A stretch of DNA of 64,000 nt, taken from positions 580,497 through 644,496 of the forward strand of contig JAQSYP010000001.1 in assembly GCA_029256085.1 (NCBI GenBank), given 5' to 3'. This DNA comes from Bacillales bacterium (GTDB taxonomy: Bacteria; Bacillota; Bacilli; CAJFEE01). Under the pieces are notes generated by a model. The model did not search any database, was not told the origin of the DNA, and worked only from the letters and a program-made list of their open reading frames with translations. Made by a program: the position numbers and the translations under genes. Positions 34,804 through 45,837 of the stretch are shown here, piece after piece (the stretch's first letter is position 1; each line of letters starts with the position of its first letter).

Positions 34804-35748
34804 ATGTTAAATATAGTTTTTATGGGAACTCCAGATTTCTCAGTTCCGGTACTCCAAACTTTAATTAATGATGGATATAATGTAATTGCAGTTGTTACTC
34901 AGCCTGATAGACCAAAGGGGCGTAAGAAAGAACTTACTCCTCCTCCAGTTAAAGTTGAGGCATTGAAAAATAACATTCAAGTATTTCAACCTGAAAAAAT
35001 ACGTGAAAAATTAGAATATGAAAAAATAATCGCCCTGAATCCAGACCTAATTGTGACTGCAGCTTTTGGACAAATTCTTCCAAAAGAATTACTAGAGGCA
35101 CCAAGACTAGGATGTATTAATGTTCATGCATCATTACTTCCAGAGTTGAGAGGTGGCGCGCCAATACACTATTCTATTATCCAAGGGAAGAAAAAAACAG
35201 GTGTCACAATTATGTACATGGTAGAAAAACTTGATGCGGGTGATATCTTAACGCAAGTAGAAGTTGCTATTTCCGAAACAGATAATGTTGGTACTCTACA
35301 TGACAAGCTTAGTGAGGCAGGATCAGAATTACTTTTAAAAACAATTCCAAAGCTCATAAATAACGAGATAACACCAATAAAGCAAACTGAAAGTGAAGCT
35401 ACGTTTGCATTCAATATAAAAAGAGAACAAGAAAAAATAGATTGGGATAAATCTGGAGAAGAAATTTATAATCACATAAGAGGGTTAAATCCTTGGCCAG
35501 TTGCTTTTACAACTCTATTAGGACAAGTGATTAAAGTCTGGTGGGGAGACAAACAGTTTTCTAATTCAAATGAGGTACCAGGCACTATATTGAAGGTTGA
35601 CGAAACAGGTATATTAGTTAAATCTGGTAATAATACTTGTATTAATATAACCGAATTACAACCAGCAGGAAAAAGAAAAATGTTAGTAAACGAATTTACA
35701 CGAGGAACAAAAACAACTCAACTAGTTGGGAAGAAGTTAGGAAGTTAA
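34804..35748 (+). CDS. fmt: Methionyl-tRNA formyltransferase
   Basis: [21 protein letters not shown]. Confidence 0.98.
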   Translation: MLNIVFMGTPDFSVPVLQTLINDGYNVIAVVTQPDRPKGRKKELTPPPVKVEALKNNIQVFQPEKIREKLEYEKIIALNPDLIVTAAFGQILPKELLEAPRLGCINVHASLLPELRGGAPIHYSIIQGKKKTGVTIMYMVEKLDAGDILTQVEVAISETDNVGTLHDKLSEAGSELLLKTIPKLINNEITPIKQTESEATFAFNIKREQEKIDWDKSGEEIYNHIRGLNPWPVAFTTLLGQVIKVWWGDKQFSNSNEVPGTILKVDETGILVKSGNNTCINITELQPAGKRKMLVNEFTRGTKTTQLVGKKLGS

Positions 35749-35749
35749 A

Positions 35750-37090
35750 ATGAAAAAAGTTAGAGAAATAGCACTAGAGACTTTAATAAAAGTTATTAAA
35801 GAAAACGCATTTTCAAATTTACAACTAAATTACACCATTGAAAATAATGAAATAAATAGCAAGGATAAAGGATTGTTAACTGAAATAACATATGGTACGA
35901 TCCAACGTCAGTTAACACTTAGGAAAATTCTATCACAGCTTACTGAAGGTAAGAAAACTGAACAATGGGTTGAAATTTTACTGTTAATGTCATTGTATCA
36001 GTTAATTTACCTAGATAGAGTACCCGACCATGCTGTTATAAATGAAGCAGTTGAAATAGCAAAAAAGAAAGGTCATAAAGGTATTGCTTCTTTTGTAAAT
36101 GGTGTATTAAGAAGCTTTCTAAGAAATAAAAATAAATTAGTTAAGGTACCTACTAATGAAGTTGAGAGAATAAGTTTTGAGACTAGTCATCCTGAATGGC
36201 TAGTTAAATACTTTATTAGTTTATATGGGGTTAATGAAACTGAAGAGATGTGTAAAGCAAATCTTTTACCACCTCTTGCAACAGCAAGGGTTAATACTAA
36301 TAAAATTTCAGTTGAAGAAGCAATAAATCAGCTTAAAGAAGAAGGTTACGAGATATCCAAAGGCAACCTAGTTAAAGAATGTATCATTTCAACTAAAGGT
36401 AATTTTGCTAACTCTACCTTATTTAAAGATGGAAAAATTACTATTCAAGATGAAAGTTCTATGTTAGTCGGTATAGCTGTTGATCCTAAAGTAAATGAAC
36501 AAATAATTGATACGTGTGCTGCGCCAGGTGGTAAAACTACACATATAGCTGAAAAACTGAATGGCACTGGTAAGGTTATTAGTTTAGATTTACATAATCA
36601 CAAAATCAAACTTATTAATAAAAATGTAAAGCGTCTAAGTTTAACTAATGTTGAAGCATTACAATGTGATGCAAAATACATACTTGATAAGTTTGATGAA
36701 GAACAATTTGATCGTGTATTAGTGGATGCCCCGTGTAGTGGTTTAGGTGTAATTAACCGAAAACCCGAGATTAAAGACACAAAAACTGAAGAAGACATAA
36801 AGAAATTAGCTGACTTACAGTTAGAAATTTTAACGAAAGCTTCAAAACTTTTAAAAGTAAATGGAACACTTGTTTATTCAACATGTACAATAACAAACGA
36901 CGAAAATCAGGCGGTTATAAGCAAGTTTCTAAGAGAAAACAAAAATTTCCAACTAGATAACTCATTACATGAGAGAATGCCAGAAAAACTATTATCTAGT
37001 CGTGTACAAGATACTGGTCAAATTGTTATTCTACCACATGATTTCAATACAGATGGTTTTTATATTGCGGCTTTAATAAGGAAGGGATAA
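35750..37090 (+). CDS. rsmB: 16S rRNA m5C967 methyltransferase
   Basis: NusB-like N-terminus, CAAPGGKT, DAPCSG, YSTCT. Confidence 0.96.
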   Translation: MKKVREIALETLIKVIKENAFSNLQLNYTIENNEINSKDKGLLTEITYGTIQRQLTLRKILSQLTEGKKTEQWVEILLLMSLYQLIYLDRVPDHAVINEAVEIAKKKGHKGIASFVNGVLRSFLRNKNKLVKVPTNEVERISFETSHPEWLVKYFISLYGVNETEEMCKANLLPPLATARVNTNKISVEEAINQLKEEGYEISKGNLVKECIISTKGNFANSTLFKDGKITIQDESSMLVGIAVDPKVNEQIIDTCAAPGGKTTHIAEKLNGTGKVISLDLHNHKIKLINKNVKRLSLTNVEALQCDAKYILDKFDEEQFDRVLVDAPCSGLGVINRKPEIKDTKTEEDIKKLADLQLEILTKASKLLKVNGTLVYSTCTITNDENQAVISKFLRENKNFQLDNSLHERMPEKLLSSRVQDTGQIVILPHDFNTDGFYIAALIRKG

Positions 37091-37093
37091 CAA

Positions 37094-38146
37094 TTGAGTG
37101 AAAAAAGGTCAATTTATTCATTAACTATAGAAGATCTTGAGCAATGGTTAGCTGATGTTAATGAACCAAAATACAGAGCTAATCAAATTTATGACTGGCT
37201 TTACATAAAGAGAGTCAGTGCTATTGAAGAAATGAGCAACTTGTCAAAAAATATTAAGGATAAATTATTACAAAATTTCAATCTTACGAGATTAAAGAAA
37301 TTAATAAAACAAGAATCAAAAGATGGTACTGAAAAGTATTTATTTGAATTAAATGATGGTTCGTCAATAGAAACTGTTCTAATGAGACATGAATATGGAA
37401 ACTCAATTTGTGTTACAACACAGGTAGGATGCAGAATGGGATGTACATTTTGTGCTTCTACACTTGGTGGATTAACACGTAACTTAGAAGCAGGTGAAAT
37501 TGTTACCCAAATTCTAGAAGTTCAAAAAGAGCTTGATAAAACTAATGAACGTGTTAGTCATGTTGTTGTAATGGGAATTGGTGAGCCATTTGATAATTAT
37601 TCTGAACTAGTTAATTTTTTAAAAATCATTAATAGTAATAGTGGTTTGAATATTGGGGCGCGACATATTACAGTTTCAACTAGTGGCATAATCCCCAAGA
37701 TATATGATTTTTCAGATCTTGGTCTCCAAATTAATTTTGCAATTTCTCTTCATGCTGCAAATTCTGAGCTTAGAACTAATTTAATGCCTGTAAATAAGGC
37801 GTACCCAATTACAGAATTGATGAAAGCAGTTAAATATTATATAAAGAAAACAGGAAGAAGAATTACATTTGAATATGGACTTATTGGTGGAAAAAATGAT
37901 AGTGAAAAAGATGCTGAACAACTTGCAGCTCTAGTAAAAGGAATTAAGTGTCATATAAATCTAATACCAGTAAATTATGTTCAAGAAAGAGATTATAAAC
38001 GTACAACTAAAAATCAAATATTTTTATTTGAAAAAATCTTAAAAAAACATGGCATTAATGTTACGATTAGAAGAGAACAAGGACACGATATAGATGCAGC
38101 ATGTGGGCAGCTCCGAGCAAAGGAGCGCAATGATGAAATGGGGTGA
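37094..38146 (+). CDS. rlmN: Dual-specificity RNA m2A methyltransferase (radical SAM)
   Basis: [21 protein letters not shown]. Confidence 0.97.
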   Translation: MSEKRSIYSLTIEDLEQWLADVNEPKYRANQIYDWLYIKRVSAIEEMSNLSKNIKDKLLQNFNLTRLKKLIKQESKDGTEKYLFELNDGSSIETVLMRHEYGNSICVTTQVGCRMGCTFCASTLGGLTRNLEAGEIVTQILEVQKELDKTNERVSHVVVMGIGEPFDNYSELVNFLKIINSNSGLNIGARHITVSTSGIIPKIYDFSDLGLQINFAISLHAANSELRTNLMPVNKAYPITELMKAVKYYIKKTGRRITFEYGLIGGKNDSEKDAEQLAALVKGIKCHINLIPVNYVQERDYKRTTKNQIFLFEKILKKHGINVTIRREQGHDIDAACGQLRAKERNDEMG

Positions 38147-38150
38147 TTGA

Positions 38151-38900
38151 ATGAAGGTAACATATTTATCTGATCAAGGTAAAGTTAGAAAGCATAATGA
38201 GGATGCTACAGGATGTTTCTATGATAAAAACGGTAACTTATTAGCTATTGTTGCTGATGGAATGGGTGGACATCTAGCTGGTGATGTAGCGAGTAGAATG
38301 GTACTTGACTATTTTCAGAAAGAGTGGATTGAAAACACCGAGGTTTTTTCTGCAAAAGAAGCAGAAAATTGGTTAAATAAACACCTTGAATTTGCAAATG
38401 AACAAATACTTTTTCATTCTAATAATAATGATGAATGTAATGGAATGGGCACAACTGTTGTAATATCAATTGTCATAGATGATTTTGTAACTATTGCCAA
38501 CATTGGAGATAGTAGAGCCTATGTAATCAATGAGAGTTCGATTGAACAAATCACAGAAGATCATTCCTTAGTTAATGAACTAATAAAACATGGAGAATTA
38601 TCTCCTGAAGATGCTGAACATCACCCAAGAAAAAATATCCTACTTCGTGCTCTAGGAACTGAAAGCAAAGTGAATGCAGACTTTGCCACATATTCAATAG
38701 ATGAAAAAAATATGTTGTTACTTTGTTCGGATGGTTTGTCTAATAAAGTTTGCAATGAGGATATATTAAACATATTAATTGACGATCAAGAAATTGAGAC
38801 TAAAGCACAGAATTTAATTAATAAAGCTAATAATAATGGTGGAGAAGACAACATCAGTCTCGTTATTATTGATTTTGAACGAGCGGTAGAAAGTAGGTGA
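38151..38900 (+). CDS. prpC: PP2C-type Ser/Thr phosphatase
   Basis: VADGMGGH, GDSRAY, LCSDGL, GGEDN. Confidence 0.95.
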   Translation: MKVTYLSDQGKVRKHNEDATGCFYDKNGNLLAIVADGMGGHLAGDVASRMVLDYFQKEWIENTEVFSAKEAENWLNKHLEFANEQILFHSNNNDECNGMGTTVVISIVIDDFVTIANIGDSRAYVINESSIEQITEDHSLVNELIKHGELSPEDAEHHPRKNILLRALGTESKVNADFATYSIDEKNMLLLCSDGLSNKVCNEDILNILIDDQEIETKAQNLINKANNNGGEDNISLVIIDFERAVESR

Positions 38901-38907
38901 GAGGTTA

Positions 38908-40827
38908 ATGTTAATAGGAACTAGACTTAATGATAGATATAAAATAATGGATATAATTGGCACTGGTGGAATGGCAACGGTATATAGAGCTATTGACGGG
39001 ATTTTAAATAGAGAAGTTGCTGTAAAAGTGTTAAGACATGATCATATTAATGAACCAGATTTTATTAAGAGATTCAATAGAGAAGCACAATCGGCTCTAA
39101 GCCTATCTCATCAAAATATTGTAAGTATTTATGATGTAGGAACTGATAATGATGTGCATTATATCGTAATGGAATATGTTAAAGGATGTACGTTAAAACA
39201 GTATATTCAACAAAACGCACCGCTTTCATTACCGAAAGCATTACATATTATGGAACAATTGACATCAGCAATTTCACATGCTCATCATAATAATATAATT
39301 CATAGGGATATTAAACCACAAAACATTTTATTAAATGAGAATGGTACTGTTAAAGTTACAGATTTTGGAATAGCAACGGCTGTTAGTTCTGTAACAATTA
39401 CACAAACTAATACATTAATTGGTTCTGTTCATTACATTTCACCAGAGCAAGCTAAAGGTGGATCTATTACAAAACAAACAGATATTTACTCTTTAGGGAT
39501 TGTGTTTTTTGAATTATTAACTGGATATACTCCATTTACTGGAGACAGTGCAGTCTCTATTGCTTTAAAACATTTGCAGAATGAAACGCCTTCAATTAGA
39601 AAGATAAACTCAAATGTTCCACAATCAGTTGAGAATATAATTTTAAAATCTACAGTCAAGGATGTATTATATAGATTTAAATCAGTTGATGAAATGCATC
39701 AAGAAATAGTTACTGCTCTAAATCCAGATAAATTGCACATAGAAGCATTTAAAGTACCTGATTTCGAAGATGATGCAACAAAAATAATTCCAATTATAAA
39801 AGATGAAACTATATCAAGTGGTTCTAAAGAAAATAATAATTCTAAAAAACAATTACAAAATAAGAAAAATAAAAAAGTTATTTGGGGTACGATAATTACA
39901 TTTATAGCGCTTATTGCACTTGTACTCGCAATTGTTATACCTAAGGTTACCTCGCCAGATGATGTTAAAATTCCTGATGTGACAAATATGGATTATGATA
40001 ATGCTGTTAAAGACATTTTATCTTCAGGATTAGAAATAGGGGATGTTATTGAGTTAAGCAGCGATGAAATTAAAGAGGGTAAAGTTATTAAAACAAGTCC
40101 TGAAACAGGGACCATTGTAAAAGAAAGCTCAAAAATAACAATATACAAATCTGTGGGTAAACAAAAAGTCGAGATGGAAGATTATCTAGGTAAACAATAC
40201 GAAGATATTGTAGAAGAGCTAAATGGTATTTTTAAAGAAGTAAAAATTTATAAAGTTACTTCAGATGTACCTGAAGGAGAAATAATCGAGCAAACACCAT
40301 TAGTAGGTGAGAAAATTATACCTAACGAGACAAATGTTAGCTTAGTTGTTTCAGATGGTCCTGAAAAAGTAAAGCTTCTTGATTTTGTAGGATCTTCTTT
40401 ATCGCTTGCTGAGAAATTTAAAGAAGAAAATAAGATTAGATTAGATGTAAAAGAAGAATACTCAGACAAGTATGATAAAGGTCTGATTATAAGTCAAAGT
40501 CCAAAAGCTGAAGTGAAAATAAAGCAAGGTGATCTTTTATCTGTTGTTGTCTCGAAAGGACCAAAAGAAAAACCACCAGCAACAGTAAATGTTGAAGTAT
40601 TTATACCGTTTGACCCAAATTCAAATGTTCCTCAGCAGCAAGTTCAGATATACATTGATGACTTAAATCACGTTATTACACAACCAGCTGAAACTTTCTA
40701 TATTACATCGGACACTACTAAAACAATACAAATAACGGTACCATATGGTAAAGATGCGGAATATAAAATTCAAAGAGATCAGACAGTAATTATTAACGAA
40801 AAGGTTCCTTATCCTACCGATAATTAG
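38908..40827 (+). CDS. prkC: PASTA-domain Ser/Thr kinase
   Basis: HRDIKPQN, DFG, TM helix, three PASTA repeats. Confidence 0.96.
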   Translation: MLIGTRLNDRYKIMDIIGTGGMATVYRAIDGILNREVAVKVLRHDHINEPDFIKRFNREAQSALSLSHQNIVSIYDVGTDNDVHYIVMEYVKGCTLKQYIQQNAPLSLPKALHIMEQLTSAISHAHHNNIIHRDIKPQNILLNENGTVKVTDFGIATAVSSVTITQTNTLIGSVHYISPEQAKGGSITKQTDIYSLGIVFFELLTGYTPFTGDSAVSIALKHLQNETPSIRKINSNVPQSVENIILKSTVKDVLYRFKSVDEMHQEIVTALNPDKLHIEAFKVPDFEDDATKIIPIIKDETISSGSKENNNSKKQLQNKKNKKVIWGTIITFIALIALVLAIVIPKVTSPDDVKIPDVTNMDYDNAVKDILSSGLEIGDVIELSSDEIKEGKVIKTSPETGTIVKESSKITIYKSVGKQKVEMEDYLGKQYEDIVEELNGIFKEVKIYKVTSDVPEGEIIEQTPLVGEKIIPNETNVSLVVSDGPEKVKLLDFVGSSLSLAEKFKEENKIRLDVKEEYSDKYDKGLIISQSPKAEVKIKQGDLLSVVVSKGPKEKPPATVNVEVFIPFDPNSNVPQQQVQIYIDDLNHVITQPAETFYITSDTTKTIQITVPYGKDAEYKIQRDQTVIINEKVPYPTDN

Positions 40828-40836
40828 GAGATAACT

Positions 40837-41718
40837 ATGTTTACTGGAATAATCATCAAGTCACTTGCAGGTTTTTATTATGTATTGAACGAAAGTAAAA
40901 TTTACCAATGTAGGGGTAGAGGTTTATTTAGAAAACAAAAAATTACGCCTCTAGTAGGGGATTATGTTAAATTTCAAGCCGAAAATGATACAGATGGATA
41001 TATTATGGAAATATCTGATAGAAAAAATGAATTAGTTAGACCTCCTGTAGCCAATGTAGATCTAGCACTACTTGTTTTTTCTGCAAAAGAGCCTGATTTT
41101 AATTTTTTCCTATTAAATAGGTTTTTAGTTTTAGTTGAATATAACAATATATGTCCAATAATTATTGTAAGCAAAATCGACTTATTAAATGAAAATGAAC
41201 TAGTTCAGCTAAAACAAAAGCTATCATATTACGAAAATATAGGCTATAAAGTGTTCTATACATCGATGAATGACAACTGTCTAAATGAAGAAATATTAGA
41301 AGTATTAAAGGATGAAGTTACCGTTGTTGCTGGACAGACTGGGGTTGGTAAATCATCTTTATTAAACACGCTTCTACCAGCTTTAGAATTAAAAACGAGT
41401 GAGATTTCTAAACATCTTGGTAGAGGTAAACATACAACCCGACATGTAGAATTACATGATATTGAAGGTAGTTTAATTGCAGATACTCCTGGATTTAGTT
41501 CTTTAGAACTTGGAGAAATAACAATTGAAGAGCTATCTAGTACATTTGTTGAATTTCATGAAAATAGCTCATTGTGTAAATTCAGAGCTTGTACGCATAT
41601 TTCTGAACCGGGGTGCAACATAAAGAAAATGTTGGAGTCAGGACAAATAAATAGTGAAAGATATGATTATTATTTAAGCTTTATCCAAGAAATAAAAGAC
41701 AGAAAGCCGAGGTACTAA
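40837..41718 (+). CDS. rsgA: Small ribosomal subunit GTPase RsgA (CpgA)
   Basis: Circularly permuted [17 protein letters not shown]-terminal CxxxxCxHxxxxxC zinc finger. Confidence 0.96.
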   Translation: MFTGIIIKSLAGFYYVLNESKIYQCRGRGLFRKQKITPLVGDYVKFQAENDTDGYIMEISDRKNELVRPPVANVDLALLVFSAKEPDFNFFLLNRFLVLVEYNNICPIIIVSKIDLLNENELVQLKQKLSYYENIGYKVFYTSMNDNCLNEEILEVLKDEVTVVAGQTGVGKSSLLNTLLPALELKTSEISKHLGRGKHTTRHVELHDIEGSLIADTPGFSSLELGEITIEELSSTFVEFHENSSLCKFRACTHISEPGCNIKKMLESGQINSERYDYYLSFIQEIKDRKPRY

Positions 41719-41719
41719 A

Positions 41720-42367
41720 ATGATTAAGATTGCACCTTCAATATTATCAGCTGATTTCTCTAAACTTGGGGCTGAAATAAAAGATGTAGAAGAAAAAGGG
41801 GCAGACTGGATTCATGTTGATGTTATGGATGGTCACTTTGTACCAAATATAACTATTGGTCCATTAGTGGTGGAATCAATAAGACCTGTAACAAAACTAC
41901 CATTAGATGTACATTTAATGATTGAGAACCCTGATAATTATATTGAACAGTTTGCAAAAGCAGGTGCTGATTATATTACTGTACATGTAGAAGCGTGTAG
42001 ACATTTGCATCGTACTCTTCAAAATATTAAAAATAACGGTGTTAAAGCAGGAGTAGTTCTTAATCCTGCAACTTCTGTTGAAAGCATACAACATGTAATA
42101 AAAGATATTGATTTAGTACTATTAATGTCAGTAAACCCAGGTTTTGGTGGGCAGAAGTTTATACCTGAAGTTATTAACAAGATTAAAAAAGTAAAAGAAA
42201 TGGCTGAAATATCTGGAGTAAATATTGATATAGAAATTGACGGTGGCATTAATCCTGAAACTGCAAAGCTGTGTATTGAAGCTGGTGCAACCGTACTAGT
42301 AGCAGGTAATGCTGTGTTTAATGCAAATGATCGAAAACTTGCAATAGACAATATAAAAAATGCATAA
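41720..42367 (+). CDS. rpe: Ribulose-phosphate 3-epimerase
   Basis: [32 protein letters not shown]. Confidence 0.98.
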   Translation: MIKIAPSILSADFSKLGAEIKDVEEKGADWIHVDVMDGHFVPNITIGPLVVESIRPVTKLPLDVHLMIENPDNYIEQFAKAGADYITVHVEACRHLHRTLQNIKNNGVKAGVVLNPATSVESIQHVIKDIDLVLLMSVNPGFGGQKFIPEVINKIKKVKEMAEISGVNIDIEIDGGINPETAKLCIEAGATVLVAGNAVFNANDRKLAIDNIKNA

Positions 42368-42374
42368 AAAATCT

Positions 42375-42401
42375 AAAGCTTGGCAAAAGCCAAGCTTTTT
42401 T
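42375..42401. repeat. CTTGGC/GCCAAG hairpin repeat copy 5 (terminator-like)
   Basis: AAAGCTTGGCAAAAGCCAAGCTTT followed by T-run. Confidence 0.75.
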
Positions 42402-42415
42402 CTAAAGGTGATAAT

Positions 42416-43048
42416 ATGAACATAGGTATAGTTGCTGGAGGACCTAAAGAAGAGATACCAGACTTAGCCAAAATAAGCAATATTGATCAGTGGATAGGTG
42501 TTGATAGAGGTATAAGCTATTTACTAGATGTTGAAATAGAGCCTGACATAATATTTGGTGATTACGATAGTTTATTTGAACATCATCATGACTTTATTTT
42601 AAACCATAAAAATTCATATAAATATAATTCTGAAAAGGATGAATCAGATCTTGAGCTTGCTATAAAATGGGCGTTAGAACGAAAGCCCCACAAAGTGAAT
42701 ATATTTGGTGCAACTGGTGGAAGAATTGACCATATGTTAGGTAATATTGGCTTATTAGCTTTATCAATTCATACTAATACACCTGTATATATCATTGATA
42801 AAATTAATATGCTTACAATAATAAAAAATGGTAAAACTGTTATAACTAAAAGTCCAGAATATAAATATATATCTTTTCTACCATTTACAGAAGCTGTAAC
42901 AGGAATAACTTTGACCGGTTTTAAATATCCTTTATTAGACTATGATTTGTTCTTAGGAAGTACTAGATGTATTAGTAATGAACTAGTTGAAGAAGAGTGT
43001 ACTATTTCATTTAATAGCGGCATATTAATACTAATAAAGAGCAAATAG
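42416..43048 (+). CDS. thiN: Thiamine pyrophosphokinase
   Basis: GVDRG, GDYDS, KDESDLELA, GGRIDH, ISNE; start moved to ATG 42416. Confidence 0.95.
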   Translation: MNIGIVAGGPKEEIPDLAKISNIDQWIGVDRGISYLLDVEIEPDIIFGDYDSLFEHHHDFILNHKNSYKYNSEKDESDLELAIKWALERKPHKVNIFGATGGRIDHMLGNIGLLALSIHTNTPVYIIDKINMLTIIKNGKTVITKSPEYKYISFLPFTEAVTGITLTGFKYPLLDYDLFLGSTRCISNELVEEECTISFNSGILILIKSK

Positions 43049-43117
43049 ACATAGTAATACCCAACGTTAGAGTTGATAAAATAATTAAAGGTAGGAACCG
43101 TTGAAGGAGGGGAACTT

Positions 43118-43198
43118 ATGCGTTTTTATACGATTAAGCTTCCAAGGTTTTTGGGTGGATTAGTACGAGCAATTTTAAACACTGTTAAAAAAGGCTGA
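43118..43198 (+). CDS. spoVM: Spore coat morphogenetic peptide SpoVM (26 aa; not in ORF track)
   Basis: MRFYTIKLPRFLGGLVRAILNTVKKG*, RBS AAGGAGG; syntenic between thiN and rpmB. Confidence 0.96.
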   Translation: MRFYTIKLPRFLGGLVRAILNTVKKG

Positions 43199-43202
43199 AA
43201 TT

Positions 43203-43231
43203 AAAAAAAGCACCGAAAAGGTGCTTTTTTT
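43203..43231. terminator. Bidirectional terminator between spoVM and rpmB
   Basis: A7-GCACC-GAAA-AGGTGC-T7. Confidence 0.88.
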
Positions 43232-43246
43232 AGCTACTAAAAATTT

Positions 43247-43435
43247 TTATACGCGTTCAATCTTACCAGATTTTAATGCTCTAGCAGATACGTAAACACG
43301 TTTTGGTTTACCGTCAACTAAAATGCGAACTTTTTGTAGGTTAGCGCCCCATTTACGCTTATTAGCGTTCATTGCATGAGAACGTGAATTACCTGTACGA
43401 GCTTTTCTGCCTGTAATTGCACAAATACGAGCCAT
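43247..43435 (-). CDS. rpmB: 50S ribosomal protein L28
   Basis: [41 protein letters not shown]. Confidence 0.98.
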   Translation of the reverse strand: MARICAITGRKARTGNSRSHAMNANKRKWGANLQKVRILVDGKPKRVYVSARALKSGKIERV

Positions 43436-43504
43436 CTATATTACCCTCCTTATTGTTACAAAAAAATTAATACTAAGTACGTTTTTTGTGGAAAATACTA
43501 CTAT

Positions 43505-43533
43505 AATTTATCACAAACAAAATTTGAATGCAA
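43505..43533 (-). promoter_or_regulatory. sigma-A promoter of rpmB
   Basis: Minus strand TTGCAT-17bp-TAAATT with extended TG. Confidence 0.6.
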
Positions 43534-43690
43534 TATTAATCGTAAAATCTTTCAAGAAAAAAACCTTGACACTATATAGATAATAATAAGTATAATTAAA
43601 ATATATGATTTGTTCAAGATTTTCTTTGCAAGCAAAACATGGTATAGTTATATGTTGATAGGGTACGTATTATAGAAGGGAGAAAAGACA

Positions 43691-44053
43691 ATGTCTCTTG
43701 AATTAAATAATGAATACGGTAAAATTGAAATTACTTCTGATGTTATTGCTTCTATAGCTGGAGGTTCAGCAATAGAGTGTTATGGAATTGTAGGTATGGC
43801 ATCAAAAAGTCAAATAAAAGATGGATTAACAGACATTCTTAGAAGAGAGAACTTTTCTAAAGGTGTTATTGTTAGAAATGATGAAAATGGAATACATATT
43901 GATATGTATGTAATAATTAGCTATGGAACAAAAGTATCAGAGGTTGCTTATAACGTTCAACAAAAAGTAAAATACATTCTCGAAAAAACAGCCGGCCTAA
44001 AAATTACAAGTGTTAATATTTTCGTTCATGGCGTTCGAGTATTGAACGTTTAG
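43691..44053 (+). CDS. yloU: Asp23/Gls24 family protein
   Basis: IAGGSAIECYGIVGMASK; synteny. Confidence 0.93.
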   Translation: MSLELNNEYGKIEITSDVIASIAGGSAIECYGIVGMASKSQIKDGLTDILRRENFSKGVIVRNDENGIHIDMYVIISYGTKVSEVAYNVQQKVKYILEKTAGLKITSVNIFVHGVRVLNV

Positions 44054-44075
44054 TCAGGGAGGAAAATACAAGCAT

Positions 44076-45743
44076 ATGAGAACATTAGATGGAATTAAAT
44101 TTTCAAGTATGGTAATACAGGGAGCAAATAATTTAAGTTTAAACGCAAAAATTGTCGACGCATTAAATGTATTTCCAGTACCTGATGGGGATACTGGTAC
44201 AAACATGAATTTGTCAATGACATCAGGTGCTAAGGAAGTCAAGAATTGTGATCAATCACACTTAGGTAAAGTAGCACAATGTCTATCAAAAGGTTTATTA
44301 ATGGGAGCTAGAGGTAATTCTGGGGTAATTCTTTCACAGTTATTTAGAGGATTTGCTAAAAGTGTTGAAGGTAAAGAAGAAATAGACACTACAGATTTTG
44401 CTCAAGCATTAGAAGCAGGGGTGTTAACAGCATACAAAGCTGTTATGAAACCTGTTGAAGGTACGATTCTAACAGTTGCTAAGGATACAGCAACTAAGGC
44501 ATTATTGATTGCTCAAACAGAAAAAGATTTTATTAAATTTTTAGAGTTAGTTGTAAAAGAATCAAATGCATCTCTTAAGCGAACGCCTGATCTTCTACCT
44601 ATCCTTAAAGAGGTAGGTGTTGTTGATAGCGGAGGCCAAGGACTAGTATGTATATACGAAGGGTTCCTTGCTAATTTAAAAGGTGAAGAAATTATTGATA
44701 ACATAGAAGTATTAACTAAAGAAGAAACGAATTTTGCAAATAGTGCTCAAGCACATATGAAAACTGAAGACATTGAGTTTGGATATTGTACAGAATTTAT
44801 GATAAAACTTTCTGCCGACAGTGTTAAAGAACACCCATTTAATGAAACATCTTTTAGGGATGAAATTAGTTCTTTTGGAGATTCATTACTAGTTGTTGCA
44901 GATGATGAGTTAGTTAAAGTTCATATACATGCTGAATATCCTGGAGAAGTGCTAACAAGGGCTCAAAGATTCGGCAGTTTAATAAACATGAAAATTGAAA
45001 ATATGAGAGAACAGCACAGTTCACTCTTATTTGAAGATACAAATTCATCTAAACTTGATAACTTAACGGAACAAATAAAGCAGCCGTCTGAATTTGCAAT
45101 TGTTGCAGTTGCAATGGGTTCAGGTATTGCAGATTTATTTATTGGATCAGGTGCTACCGAAGTTATCGAAGGTGGACAAACAATGAACCCTAGCACTGAG
45201 GATATCTTAAATGCAGTAAATAAAACTAATGCAAAAAATGTTTTTATTCTACCAAATAACAAAAATATTATCTTAGCTGCACGTCAGGCAAAAGATGTGA
45301 GTGATGTTAATATTGTTGTTATAGAATCTAAGACAATTCCACAAGGATTAGCAGCCACGCTAGCTTTTAATCCATCAAGAGACGTGGATCAAAATGAGAA
45401 TGCAATGGTAGCAGCAATTGGTTTAGTTAATACAGGACAAATAACATATGCTGTACGTGATACTCAAATTGATGGCGTTGATATTAAGAAAGATGATTAC
45501 ATGGGATTAGTAGAAGGCAAAATAGTATCAACAGATCAAAATAAGTTTGAGGCGACAAAAGGCCTGTTAGATAAATTGATTACTGATGAACATGAAATTT
45601 TTACAATATTTGTTGGCGAGGAAGCTACGGATATTGAAGTTAATGACATAATTAGTTATGTTGAGAATAAATTTCCTGACATAGAAATTGAAACATATAA
45701 CGGGAACCAACCATTATATTCTTTTATTTTCTCAGCTGAATAA
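44076..45743 (+). CDS. yloV: DAK2-domain fatty acid kinase catalytic subunit (FakA/YloV)
   Basis: LNVFPVPDGDTGTNM, GARGNSGVILSQ, YCTEF, GGQTMNPS. Confidence 0.94.
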   Translation: MRTLDGIKFSSMVIQGANNLSLNAKIVDALNVFPVPDGDTGTNMNLSMTSGAKEVKNCDQSHLGKVAQCLSKGLLMGARGNSGVILSQLFRGFAKSVEGKEEIDTTDFAQALEAGVLTAYKAVMKPVEGTILTVAKDTATKALLIAQTEKDFIKFLELVVKESNASLKRTPDLLPILKEVGVVDSGGQGLVCIYEGFLANLKGEEIIDNIEVLTKEETNFANSAQAHMKTEDIEFGYCTEFMIKLSADSVKEHPFNETSFRDEISSFGDSLLVVADDELVKVHIHAEYPGEVLTRAQRFGSLINMKIENMREQHSSLLFEDTNSSKLDNLTEQIKQPSEFAIVAVAMGSGIADLFIGSGATEVIEGGQTMNPSTEDILNAVNKTNAKNVFILPNNKNIILAARQAKDVSDVNIVVIESKTIPQGLAATLAFNPSRDVDQNENAMVAAIGLVNTGQITYAVRDTQIDGVDIKKDDYMGLVEGKIVSTDQNKFEATKGLLDKLITDEHEIFTIFVGEEATDIEVNDIISYVENKFPDIEIETYNGNQPLYSFIFSAE

Positions 45744-45773
45744 ATATTTAGTGTATGTATATTTAATAATTGT

Positions 45774-45817
45774 TAGAAGGGATGATTATTCTATTATTGA
45801 ATAATGCCCTTCTATTT
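45774..45817 (+). terminator. Hairpin after yloV
   Basis: TAGAAGGG..ATTATTC/GAATAAT..CCCTTCTA stem. Confidence 0.6.
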
Positions 45818-45837
45818 GTATATTAGGGGAGATACTA

